A stretch of DNA of 64,000 bases, taken from Actinomycetales bacterium (GTDB lineage: Bacteria > Actinomycetota > Actinomycetes > Actinomycetales > JBBRBF01). The stretch spans positions 268-64,267 of the forward strand of contig JBBRBF010000001.1 of the NCBI GenBank assembly GCA_038206105.1, in the 5' to 3' direction. Made by a program: the position numbers and the translations under genes. This document shows positions 1 to 7,388 of this stretch, in pieces; the first letter of the stretch is position 1, and every line of letters begins with the position of its first letter. The notes beneath the pieces are model-generated. The model ran no database searches, was not told the origin of the DNA, and saw only the letters and a program-made list of their open reading frames with translations.

Positions 1-1011
1 GTGCGGGTCTACGAGGCGGGCGAGCCGGGGGCGGCGCAGTCCGGCGGCGACTCCCGGATCTTCCGGCACGCCCACGACGACCCGAGGCTCGTCCGGCTCG
101 CCCGCGAGAGCCGGGGGGTCTACCGGGAGTGGAGCGACGCCCTCGGCCGTGAGCTGGTCCGGGGCGACGGGGCGCTGGCCCTCGGACCGTCGGCCCTCGA
201 CCGGGCCGAGATCCTGCGTCGCGAGGGCGCCGCCGTCCGGGTGCTCGACCCGGCGGAGGTCCCCGCGGTGCTCCCGGTGCTGGGCCGCGTGGAGCAACCG
301 GCCGTGCTCGACGAGGACGGGGGCTCCATCAACGCCCGCGGCCTCGTCACGTCGCTCGTGGCAGTGCTCGGGGACCGGCTGGTGCGCGACGAGGTGCTGG
401 CGGTGCGGGCACCGGCCGGCGGCGGGGTCGAGGTGCGCACCGGCGGCCGGACGGACGTCGTCGGGCGTCTCGTGGTCTGCGCCGGCCGGCAGACCGCGGC
501 GCTGGCGCGGTCGGTCGGGCTCACCGTGCCGGTGCGCCCGGGCATCCACGCCCGCTGCACGTTCCGGGTCCGCGGTCCGGCGCCGCGCCGGTTGGCGACC
601 CTGCAGGACTCGGGGGACGCGGCCGGCTCGTCCGGTGCCTACGCGGCTGCGGTGCCCGGCAACGGTGCCTACGCGGTGGGGTCGAACCGGTGGGTCGACG
701 CCCACCCGGACGGCGGCCCCCGCGATCCCGACGAGCTGGCCGCGCTGGCGGAGGCGGCGGTGGCGTACGTACGGCGACAGCTGCCCGGTCTGGACCCCGA
801 CCCGGTGGGTGTGCGGCACTGCTGGACCACCGAGCTGCCCTGGTCGCCGGACGGTCTCGCCGTCTGGGAGCACCGGGACGTGCTGTTCGTGGCGGGCAAC
901 AACCTCTTCAAGATGGCGCCGCTGCTGGGCCGGCGCCTGGCAGCCGCCGCGACCGGTGAGCCGCTGGACCCGCTGCTGCGGCCCGAGGCGCGTCTGGGCG
1001 AGCCGCGCTGA
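1..1011 (+). CDS. FAD-dependent oxidoreductase (DAO / sarcosine-oxidase-like), 5' end probably cut by the window edge
   Basis: ORF track 1..1011 (336 aa) in a high-GC3 frame. No N-terminal GxGxxG motif is visible, so the true start probably lies upstream of the window. The C-terminal half (HCWTTELPWSPDGLAV...FVAGNNLFKMAPLLG) recalls the glycine/D-amino-acid/sarcosine oxidase family. Called from memory, not searched. Confidence 0.5.
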   Translation: MRVYEAGEPGAAQSGGDSRIFRHAHDDPRLVRLARESRGVYREWSDALGRELVRGDGALALGPSALDRAEILRREGAAVRVLDPAEVPAVLPVLGRVEQPAVLDEDGGSINARGLVTSLVAVLGDRLVRDEVLAVRAPAGGGVEVRTGGRTDVVGRLVVCAGRQTAALARSVGLTVPVRPGIHARCTFRVRGPAPRRLATLQDSGDAAGSSGAYAAAVPGNGAYAVGSNRWVDAHPDGGPRDPDELAALAEAAVAYVRRQLPGLDPDPVGVRHCWTTELPWSPDGLAVWEHRDVLFVAGNNLFKMAPLLGRRLAAAATGEPLDPLLRPEARLGEPR

Positions 1012-1027
1012 GCGCGCGCCCCCGAGG

Positions 1028-1510
1028 TCACCGCGGCGCCTGCGCAGGTCGGTGGGCCGGCACCAGGCCGAGCAGGTCGGTGACGAGCGCGGTGAACGCG
1101 GTGGCGTCGCGCAGCAGGTCGTCGGCCTCCCGCGCCGTCACGGCCTCCGGGCGACCGGCCTCGACGGCGGCGCGCCGCGGTGCGCCGGCGGCGAAGAACG
1201 CCGACCACTCGGCGAGCTCGGGGGCCACCCGCGGCAGCACCGCCCAGACGTTCGCGGGACCCCGGTGCGTGGGGCGTCCGCGGACGGCGAGCACCGCCGC
1301 CGCGCAGCGCAGCGCGGCGAGGTGGGCGGCGACGTACCGCTCGCCGGCTGTGCGGGCCGCCTCGCCCGCGGACAGTCCCCGGTCGGCGCGGTCGAGCAGG
1401 TCCAGGGCCGTCGCCGGCACCGGGGGCCTGGTCACGGATCCCCGCGCCGCCGTTCCCGCCGTCCTCCTCGTTCGCATCGTTCGCGTCGGTGCAGCCACGG
1501 TCACGGTCAT
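1028..1510 (-). CDS. HEPN domain protein, SAV_6107-like family
   Basis: 160-aa ORF with its ATG preceded by GGAGG. The helical Ala/Arg-rich sequence ...YVAAHLAALRCAAAVLAVRGRPTHRGPANVWAVLPRVAPELAEWSAFFAAGAPRRAAVEAG...TAREADDLLRDA... matches what I recognise as the actinobacterial SAV_6107-type HEPN family. It contains RGRPTH (R-x4-H). Confidence 0.6.
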   Translation of the reverse strand: MTVTVAAPTRTMRTRRTAGTAARGSVTRPPVPATALDLLDRADRGLSAGEAARTAGERYVAAHLAALRCAAAVLAVRGRPTHRGPANVWAVLPRVAPELAEWSAFFAAGAPRRAAVEAGRPEAVTAREADDLLRDATAFTALVTDLLGLVPAHRPAQAPR

Positions 1511-1562
1511 CGCCTCCGGTTCGTCGCACGCCGCCGGCCGGCCCGCGGGGACGCCGGGGCCA

Positions 1563-1994
1563 TCAGTCGCTCACCTGCAGCAGCCGCCATCCGGACGCGT
1601 GCGGTGACCCCGACGGCAGGGCACACAGGTCGTAGACACCGCTGCCCGCGGTCCGGCCGGGGCTGGCCTCGACGCGCCAGACCTCCCGTTCGGTGCCGCA
1701 CAGCACCGACCCGCCGACCGCAGCCGCACCTGTCCCGTCGCGCGTTCTGGCCCCCTTGCGCGTTCCGGTCCCCTCGTCCGTGCCGTGCTCGCCCGGCCCA
1801 CCGCACTCCCCCCGGGCCGCCTGCGCGGCCACGCCCTCCCACCAGGCACTGCGCTCGAACCAGTGCGAGAGGACGTCCCGCACCACGTACAGCCGGCCCC
1901 GCCACAGGAACTGGTGCGGGGCGAACGACCCACCGCTGGCGCCACCCGCCGGACCGCCCCTGACGTCCACGACGTCCTCGTAGCTGCGGACCAC
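1563..1994 (-). CDS. DUF6504-like protein (unknown function)
   Basis: This is the C-terminal 143 codons of ORF 1563..2255. The GTG at 1994 lies 6 nt after a perfect AGGAGG. Motifs FLWRGRLYVVRDVLSHWFERSAWWEG and EREVWRVEASPG...GVYDL...GWRLLQVSD recall DUF6504. The longer ORF start (2255) would lie upstream of the SOS box and putative promoter. An alternative start at GTG 2180 cannot be excluded. Confidence 0.5.
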   Translation of the reverse strand: MVRSYEDVVDVRGGPAGGASGGSFAPHQFLWRGRLYVVRDVLSHWFERSAWWEGVAAQAARGECGGPGEHGTDEGTGTRKGARTRDGTGAAAVGGSVLCGTEREVWRVEASPGRTAGSGVYDLCALPSGSPHASGWRLLQVSD

Positions 1995-2221
1995 CGCACA
2001 CCTCCTGCTCGGTCGCGTCGTCACCGGAACCCACCGGCTCGGCGTGGCCCGCTCCGCCGGAGCCGACCGCCTGCTGCCCGGGTCGGTGCGGCCCGGGCTT
2101 CCCCACCCGAGCCGCACCGACCACGACCGGCGGGCCCGCGGCGGGACGGGGTCGAGGTCGCCCCGCCGCGGGTCCGCCACCGTCGCAGCGGACCCTGCGT
2201 GCGGGTCACACTGAACGATGA

Positions 2222-2237
2222 TCGAACACGTGTTCGA
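2222..2237. promoter_or_regulatory. LexA (SOS) box, perfect match to the actinobacterial consensus TCGAAC-N4-GTTCGA
   Basis: The sequence TCGAACACGTGTTCGA is a perfect 16-bp palindrome. On the minus strand it lies 9 nt downstream of a candidate promoter: TTGACG (2277..2272), 19 nt spacer, TACGGT (2252..2247). Confidence 0.6.
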
Positions 2238-2280
2238 ACGCCGCCGACCGTACACCCGGCGTCGGACACCCCGTCAAGCC

Positions 2281-2420
2281 CACGCCGGTCCGGCCCCGCG
2301 CACCGGCCGACGGCCCCGCGCACCGGCCGACGGCCCCGCGCACCGGCCGACGAGCCCGCGCACCGGCCGACGGCCCCGCGCACCGGCCGACGAGCCCGCG
2401 CGCCGGCCGACGAGCCCCCA
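2281..2420. repeat. Tandem repeat, 7 copies of a 20-bp unit CACCGGCCGACGGCCCCGCG
   Basis: Read directly from the sequence. Copies at 2301, 2321 and 2361 are identical. Copies at 2341 and 2381 carry the CGAGCCC variant. The copies at 2281 and 2401 are degenerate. The unit contains the palindrome GGCCGACGGCC. A 20-bp period is not a codon multiple, and the array is intergenic. Confidence 0.9.
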
Positions 2421-2509
2421 CCGAGTCGCCCCGGTGCGCCAGGATGGACGGCACCGCGTCGCGCGCCCCGCCGCGACGCGGGTGGCCCCGAGGTGGAGGT
2501 GCGACCGGC

Positions 2510-3241
2510 GTGGACGACCCCCTCGAGCGCTACGACGACAGCGACCTGACCCGCGTGCTCGCGGTCGTCGCCCACCCCGACGACATGGAGTACGGCGGCT
2601 CCGCCGCGGTGGCGGCCTGGACCGCCCGCGGCGTGGCGGTCTCCTACGCGCTGGTGACCCGCGGCGAGGCCGGGATGGACTCGACGCCCCCCGAGCGGGC
2701 CGGACCGCTGCGCGAGCAGGAGCAGCGCGCCGCGTGCACGGCCGTCGGCGTCGACGACCTGGTGTTCCTGGGCTTCGAGGACGGCGCGGTCACCTACTCC
2801 CTGGAGCTGCGAGCCGCGATCGCCGCGCAGGTCCGTCGGGTGCGCCCGGACCTCGTGGTCACGATCAACTACCACGAGCGGTGGCCGGGCGGCGTCCCGA
2901 ACCAGGCCGACCACGTCGCCGTCGGGAGGGCGGTCGTCGACGCCGTCCGCGACGCCGGCAACCGGTGGGTGTTCCGCGACCAGCTCACCGGGGGCGTCGA
3001 GCCCTGGGACGGCGTCCGCGAGGTCCTCGTCCTGGCCTCCACCACGGCCACGCACGCGGTCGTCGTCGACGACACGCTCGAGGCCGCGGTCGCCTCGCTG
3101 GAGGCCCATGCCGCGTACCTGGCCGCGCTCGGCGACGGCACGACCTCGGCCCGCGAGGTGGTGGAGGGGATCCTGCGCTGGGGCGGCGAGCGCGTCGCGG
3201 GGGCGCGCTACGCCGTCGTCGGCGAGCGGGTGCCGCTCTGA
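2510..3241 (+). CDS. PIG-L family deacetylase (LmbE-like)
   Basis: ORF 2444..3241 carries the motif VLAVVAHPDDMEYGG typical of PIG-L/LmbE deacetylases. GC3 rises only after GTG 2510, so that start is preferred over 2444. Confidence 0.75.
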   Translation: MDDPLERYDDSDLTRVLAVVAHPDDMEYGGSAAVAAWTARGVAVSYALVTRGEAGMDSTPPERAGPLREQEQRAACTAVGVDDLVFLGFEDGAVTYSLELRAAIAAQVRRVRPDLVVTINYHERWPGGVPNQADHVAVGRAVVDAVRDAGNRWVFRDQLTGGVEPWDGVREVLVLASTTATHAVVVDDTLEAAVASLEAHAAYLAALGDGTTSAREVVEGILRWGGERVAGARYAVVGERVPL

Positions 3242-3336
3242 CGCCGGGTCCCGAGCGGCCCGGGCGACGGCGCGGGTCCCGGTCCCGACCCGGCGCATCG
3301 GCCCCGCGCAGCACCGGCGATCCCTAGGCTCCGCTC

Positions 3337-3855
3337 GTGCCCGACACCGACCCGCGGGGAGAGCTCAGCCTGCACCCCGGTGTGCTGCGGGTGCGCCGGG
3401 CCCTCGGCGCGCTCGGGACCACCGCCGAGGTGGTCGTGCTGGACTCCCACGTCCGCACCGCCGCACAGGCGGCCGCCGCTCTCGGCGTGGACGTCGGTCA
3501 GATCGCCAGCTCGCTGATCTTCGCGGTCGACGACGCGGCCGACCCCGAGCGGGTGCGCCCGGTCCTCGTGCTGACCTCAGGGGCGCACCGGGTCGACACC
3601 GACCAGGTCGCGGGAGTGCTCGGCGTCGAGCGGCTGGCACGGGCGGAGCCGGAGTTCGTCCGGCGGCGGACCGGGTTCGCGATCGGCGGGGTCCCGCCGG
3701 TCGGGCACACCGAGCCGGTGCAGACCCTCGTGGACGTCGCGCTCGCCGCGTACGCCGAGGTGTGGGCCGCAGGCGGGCACCCGCGGACCGTCTTCGCCAC
3801 GCGGTACGAGGAGCTGCTGCGGATCACCGCCGGCCAGCCCGTCGAGGTGGACTGA
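3337..3855 (+). CDS. YbaK/EbsC-type aminoacyl-tRNA deacylase domain protein
   Basis: 172-aa ORF with the usual YbaK-domain layout (...VRTAAQAAAALGVDVGQIASSLIF...FAIGGVPPVGH...VWAAGGHPRTVF...). Confidence 0.7.
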   Translation: MPDTDPRGELSLHPGVLRVRRALGALGTTAEVVVLDSHVRTAAQAAAALGVDVGQIASSLIFAVDDAADPERVRPVLVLTSGAHRVDTDQVAGVLGVERLARAEPEFVRRRTGFAIGGVPPVGHTEPVQTLVDVALAAYAEVWAAGGHPRTVFATRYEELLRITAGQPVEVD

Positions 3856-3890
3856 CCGGCGACCGACGGGCCCGGGTCGCGCCGACGCGG

Positions 3891-3937
3891 CGTCCTTGAT
3901 CACGACGGGACCGGGAGCACGACGTCCTTGATCACGA
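3891..3937. repeat. Two perfect 15-bp direct repeats CGTCCTTGATCACGA (3891-3905 and 3923-3937)
   Basis: Read directly. The start-to-start spacing is 32 bp, and the repeats lie immediately upstream of the crtA-like gene. The core TCCTTGATCAC recurs at 39433-39443 in another intergenic region. Confidence 0.8.
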
Positions 3938-3953
3938 AGGTGGGCGGCAGGGC

Positions 3954-4751
3954 GTGGTGGCCTCGCGTACCGTCGCGGACGTGGGGGGCATAGGGAGCAC
4001 CGAGAGCACGGAGAGCGCTGAGGGCACGGAGAGCAGGGACGACGCCGGCCCGGTGGTCACGCTCCACCTGTGGGGGGTCGCACCGGCGGTGGTCCCCCTC
4101 GCCGTGGCCCGGATGGGCCTGGACCGGCCGCTGTTGCGCCGCACGCCCGCGACGTTCACCAAGCTGCTCGGCACCGGCGACGGTCGCACGTTCACCGTCC
4201 GCGACGCCGACCCGCTGCACTGGGGCGTGCTCGCGGTGTGGCGCGACGCCGGCGACGCCGTGCGGTTCGAGGCCGCCCCCACCGTGCGCGGCTGGGACCG
4301 CCTCGCCCGCGAGCGGCTGCGGGTGGCGATGCGTCCGGTCGCCAGCCGCGGCACGTGGGCGCGGCAGCAGCCGTTCGGCGACCCGACCGCGACCCGTCCG
4401 CCGGGTCGCCGACCGGTTGCCGCCGACGGACCCGTCGCCAGCATCACCCGCGCCCGGCTCCGTGCCCGGCGCGCGCGCACGTTCTGGCGCGCGGTGCCGC
4501 CGGTGTCCGCGGACCTGCACCGCGTGGGTGGCCTGCGGATGGCGGTCGGGATCGGCGAGGCCCCGGTCGGCCTGCAGGGCACCTTCTCGCTGTGGGAGGA
4601 CGCCGCCGCGCTGCGCGACTTCGCCCACCGCCGCGACGCCCACCGGGTCGCCGTGCGGCGCACGGCCGAGGAAGACTGGTACGCCGAGGAGCTCTTCGCG
4701 CGGTTCACGGTGCTCGACGTCGACGGCACGTTCGGCGGCCGCGTGCCCTGA
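3954..4751 (+). CDS. Spheroidene-monooxygenase-like (CrtA-like) protein
   Basis: ORF 3954..4751. The region VVTLHLWGV...ARMGLDRPLLRRTPATFTKLLGTGDGRTFT...WGVLAVW, and a second similar half, resemble my recollection of Rhodobacter CrtA and of actinobacterial proteins annotated the same way. An alternative start at GTG 4053 would give a CrtA-like length. Confidence 0.45.
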   Translation: MVASRTVADVGGIGSTESTESAEGTESRDDAGPVVTLHLWGVAPAVVPLAVARMGLDRPLLRRTPATFTKLLGTGDGRTFTVRDADPLHWGVLAVWRDAGDAVRFEAAPTVRGWDRLARERLRVAMRPVASRGTWARQQPFGDPTATRPPGRRPVAADGPVASITRARLRARRARTFWRAVPPVSADLHRVGGLRMAVGIGEAPVGLQGTFSLWEDAAALRDFAHRRDAHRVAVRRTAEEDWYAEELFARFTVLDVDGTFGGRVP

Positions 4752-4822
4752 CGGCCGGTCCGCCGGCGCCCGCACCGCAGGTCGCCGCTGCCCCGGTCCC
4801 GCGCGAGGACGAGAGGAGCGTT

Positions 4823-5413
4823 GTGATCGACGTGGCGTGGGTGCTGACGTCCGGCTGGGCGTCGGGCGTCAACGGCTACCTGGTCGTGCTGCTGCTGGGC
4901 CTGGCGGAGCGCCTCGTCGGTCTCGAGCAGATCCCGGACGTGCTGGCGCGCACCGACGTGCTCCTGGTGGCCGGGGCGCTGTTCGCGGTCGACGCCGTCG
5001 CGGACAAGATCCCCTACGTCGACTCGACGTGGGACGTCGTGCACACGGCGGTCCGACCGACCATCGGCGCCGGCCTCGGAGCGCTCCTCGCCGGGGACGC
5101 CGGCTCGCTCGAGCAGGTGCTGGCGGCGACCGCGGGCGGCCTGACGGCGCTGGCCAGCCACGCCGTGAAGGCCGGGCTGCGGGCCGCGGTCAACACCTCC
5201 CCCGAGCCGGCGAGCAACGTCGCGGTGAGCACCGCGGAGGACGTCGCCGTCGCCGGTGTCGTGTCCCTCGCGATCCTCGCCCCCTGGGTGGCGGCCGGCG
5301 TCGCAGCGGTGCTGCTCGTCGCCGGCGCGCTGCTCGTGGCACTGGTGTGGTCGAGGGTCCGCACGTTGCGGCGGCGCCGGCGGACCCGGACGGCGGGGCC
5401 GCCGTGGCGGTGA
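4823..5413 (+). CDS. DUF4126 family membrane protein
   Basis: The GTG at 4823 follows GAGAGGAG. The protein has four or five hydrophobic segments, and ADKIPYVDSTWD is the characteristic DUF4126 motif. The gene is the 3' part of ORF 4070..5413. Confidence 0.6.
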   Translation: MIDVAWVLTSGWASGVNGYLVVLLLGLAERLVGLEQIPDVLARTDVLLVAGALFAVDAVADKIPYVDSTWDVVHTAVRPTIGAGLGALLAGDAGSLEQVLAATAGGLTALASHAVKAGLRAAVNTSPEPASNVAVSTAEDVAVAGVVSLAILAPWVAAGVAAVLLVAGALLVALVWSRVRTLRRRRRTRTAGPPWR

Positions 5414-6222
5414 CCGCGACCGGGCGGGCCCGGTCGCCCCGCACCGCCGCCACCGCGCGGGTCGCGCTCGGGCTGGCCGTCGCCGCCGTCCTGGTGCAGG
5501 TGACCTACCCGTTGCTGGCCGGTGCGGCGCTGCGCGGCGCCACCGTGGCCTCCGTGGTGCTGTTCTGCGCCGCCGCGCTCGGGCACGCCGCCGCCACGCG
5601 CGGCGCCCGGGCCGCGGTCACGGTGCTCGCGGTCTGCGGCGGGACCGGGCTCGCGGCCGAGGCGGTCGGTGTCGCGACCGGCGTCCCGTTCGGGCAGTAC
5701 GCCTACACGGGGTCGCTCGGAGTGCAGGTGCTCGGTGTGCCGCTGCTCGTGCCGCTGGCCTGGACGATGATGGCCTGGCCTGCGCTCGTCGCCGCCCGCA
5801 CGCTCGTGCCCGGGTGGGCCGCCGTCCCGGTCGCCGCGTGGGCACTCGCCGCGTGGGACCTCTACCTGGACCCGCAGATGGTGGCCGCCGGGCACTGGAC
5901 GTGGGCGTTCCCCGAGCCCGGCCTGCCCGGCGTCGAGGGGATCCCGCTGACGAACTTCGCCGGCTGGCTCGCCGTGGCCCTGCTGATGCAGGCGGCGCTG
6001 GCCGCCGCCGTGCCGCGCCGCGAACCCGCCGGGCACGCGGTCCCCGCCGTGCTGCTCGGTTGGACATGGCTGGGCTCAGCCGTCGCCAACGCGGCGTTCT
6101 TCGGGCGCCCGGAGGTGGCGGCGTGGGGCTCGGTCGCGATGGGTGCCGTCGTCGGCCCGTACCTGCTGCGGCTGGCGCGCCGCCGCGCCGCGCCCGCGCC
6201 GCCCGCGCGCAGCGGCTCGTGA
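5410..6222 (+). CDS. Carotenoid biosynthesis membrane protein (DUF422 / CruF-like carotenoid 1,2-hydratase family)
   Basis: The GTG at 5410 overlaps the upstream stop (GTGA). It is a polytopic membrane protein with GVATGVPFGQYAYT, PLAWTMMAWP, DPQMVAAGHWTW and PLTNFAGW, as in the carotenoid biosynthesis protein family. Confidence 0.6.
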   Translation: MTATGRARSPRTAATARVALGLAVAAVLVQVTYPLLAGAALRGATVASVVLFCAAALGHAAATRGARAAVTVLAVCGGTGLAAEAVGVATGVPFGQYAYTGSLGVQVLGVPLLVPLAWTMMAWPALVAARTLVPGWAAVPVAAWALAAWDLYLDPQMVAAGHWTWAFPEPGLPGVEGIPLTNFAGWLAVALLMQAALAAAVPRREPAGHAVPAVLLGWTWLGSAVANAAFFGRPEVAAWGSVAMGAVVGPYLLRLARRRAAPAPPARSGS

Positions 6223-7388
6223 CGGCCGCGGGCCGCCCGGGCACCCGCGCGGCCGTTCGGTCCCCCGCCCGGTCGTTCGTCAGGTCGTCCGTCCGGGCGG
6301 GCAGCCTCGTGGCGGCGCTGCTGACGGTGCACAGCGCCGTGAACGCGCGGCTGCTCCGCCGGCCCCCGGAGCACCCGCCGGCCGTGCAGCGCCGGGTCAG
6401 CGTGCTGCTGCCGGCACGCGACGAGGCCCACCAGGTCGGCACCTGCCTGACGTCGCTGCTCGGCCAGACCGCGGTGCCCGACCTCGAGGTGCTGGTGCTG
6501 GACGACGGCTCGCAGGACGGCACCGCCGACGTGGTGCGCGCCGTCGCCGGCACCGACCCCCGGGTCCGGCTGCTGGACGGCGGCACCGACCGGCCGCCGG
6601 CGGGGTGGCTCGGCAAGCCGTGGGCCTGCCACCGGCTCGCCGCGGCGGCGACGGGGTCGCTGCTCGTGCTCGTCGACGCGGACGTCGTGCTGGCGCCGCA
6701 CGCGGTGGCCGCGGGCGCGGCCCTGGCCGCCAGGCACGGGCTCGACCTCGTCTGCCCCTACCCGCGGCAGGTCGCGACGACGCCGGCCGAGCGGCTGGTG
6801 CAGCCGCTGCTGCAGTGGTCGTGGCTGACGACGCTGCCGCTGCGTGTCGCGGAGCGCTCCGCCCGGCCGTCGCTGACCGCCGCCAACGGCCAGCTGTTGC
6901 TCGTCGACGCCGACGCGCTCGCCCGGGCGGGCGGGTACGCCGCCGTGCGTGACCAGGTGCTGGACGACGTCGCCCTGGCCCGGGCCGTCAAGGCCGCCGG
7001 GGGCCGGGCCACCGTCGTGGACGGCACGGACCTCGCGAGCTGCCGGATGTACACCGGGTGGGCGTCCCTGCGCGACGGCTACGGCAAGTCGCTGTGGTCC
7101 GCGGTCGGCTCGCCGGGCGGTGCCGCCGTCGCGGCGGTGCTCGCCGGCACCTACGTGCTGCCGGCGCTCGCCGCCCTGGCGGGCTCTCCGGCCGGCGCGC
7201 TGGGCTACGCGGCCGGGGTCGCGGGCCGCGTGGTGACGGCCCGGCGGACCGGGGGCCGCGCCTGGCCGGACGCCCTGGCCCACCCCCTCTCCGTCGCCCT
7301 GCTGCTGGGCCTGGCGGCCCGGTCACGGCAGCTGCACGCACGGGGGGCCCTGGCGTGGAAGGGCCGGCCGGTCACCGTGCGCGGGTGA
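6219..7388 (+). CDS. Family 2 glycosyltransferase (candidate carotenoid glycosyltransferase)
   Basis: The GTG at 6219 overlaps the upstream stop (GTGA). The GT-A motifs VSVLLPARDE, LVLDDGSQDGT and LVLVDADV are followed by C-terminal transmembrane segments. Confidence 0.75.
   Translation: MTAAGRPGTRAAVRSPARSFVRSSVRAGSLVAALLTVHSAVNARLLRRPPEHPPAVQRRVSVLLPARDEAHQVGTCLTSLLGQTAVPDLEVLVLDDGSQDGTADVVRAVAGTDPRVRLLDGGTDRPPAGWLGKPWACHRLAAAATGSLLVLVDADVVLAPHAVAAGAALAARHGLDLVCPYPRQVATTPAERLVQPLLQWSWLTTLPLRVAERSARPSLTAANGQLLLVDADALARAGGYAAVRDQVLDDVALARAVKAAGGRATVVDGTDLASCRMYTGWASLRDGYGKSLWSAVGSPGGAAVAAVLAGTYVLPALAALAGSPAGALGYAAGVAGRVVTARRTGGRAWPDALAHPLSVALLLGLAARSRQLHARGALAWKGRPVTVRG

Noticed and set aside
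1995-2255. Longer start (2255) for the DUF6504-like ORF
   Set aside because: That start would place the SOS box and putative promoter inside the coding region. The extra residues are Arg/Ser/Pro-rich with high GC at all three codon positions, so there is no coding signal. A perfect AGGAGG precedes GTG 1994. An intermediate start at GTG 2180 remains possible.
2281-2420. Possible CRISPR array (also 40133..40195)
   Set aside because: The units are contiguous with no unique spacers, the unit lengths (20 and 9 bp) are too short, and there are no cas genes in the window. These are simple tandem repeats.
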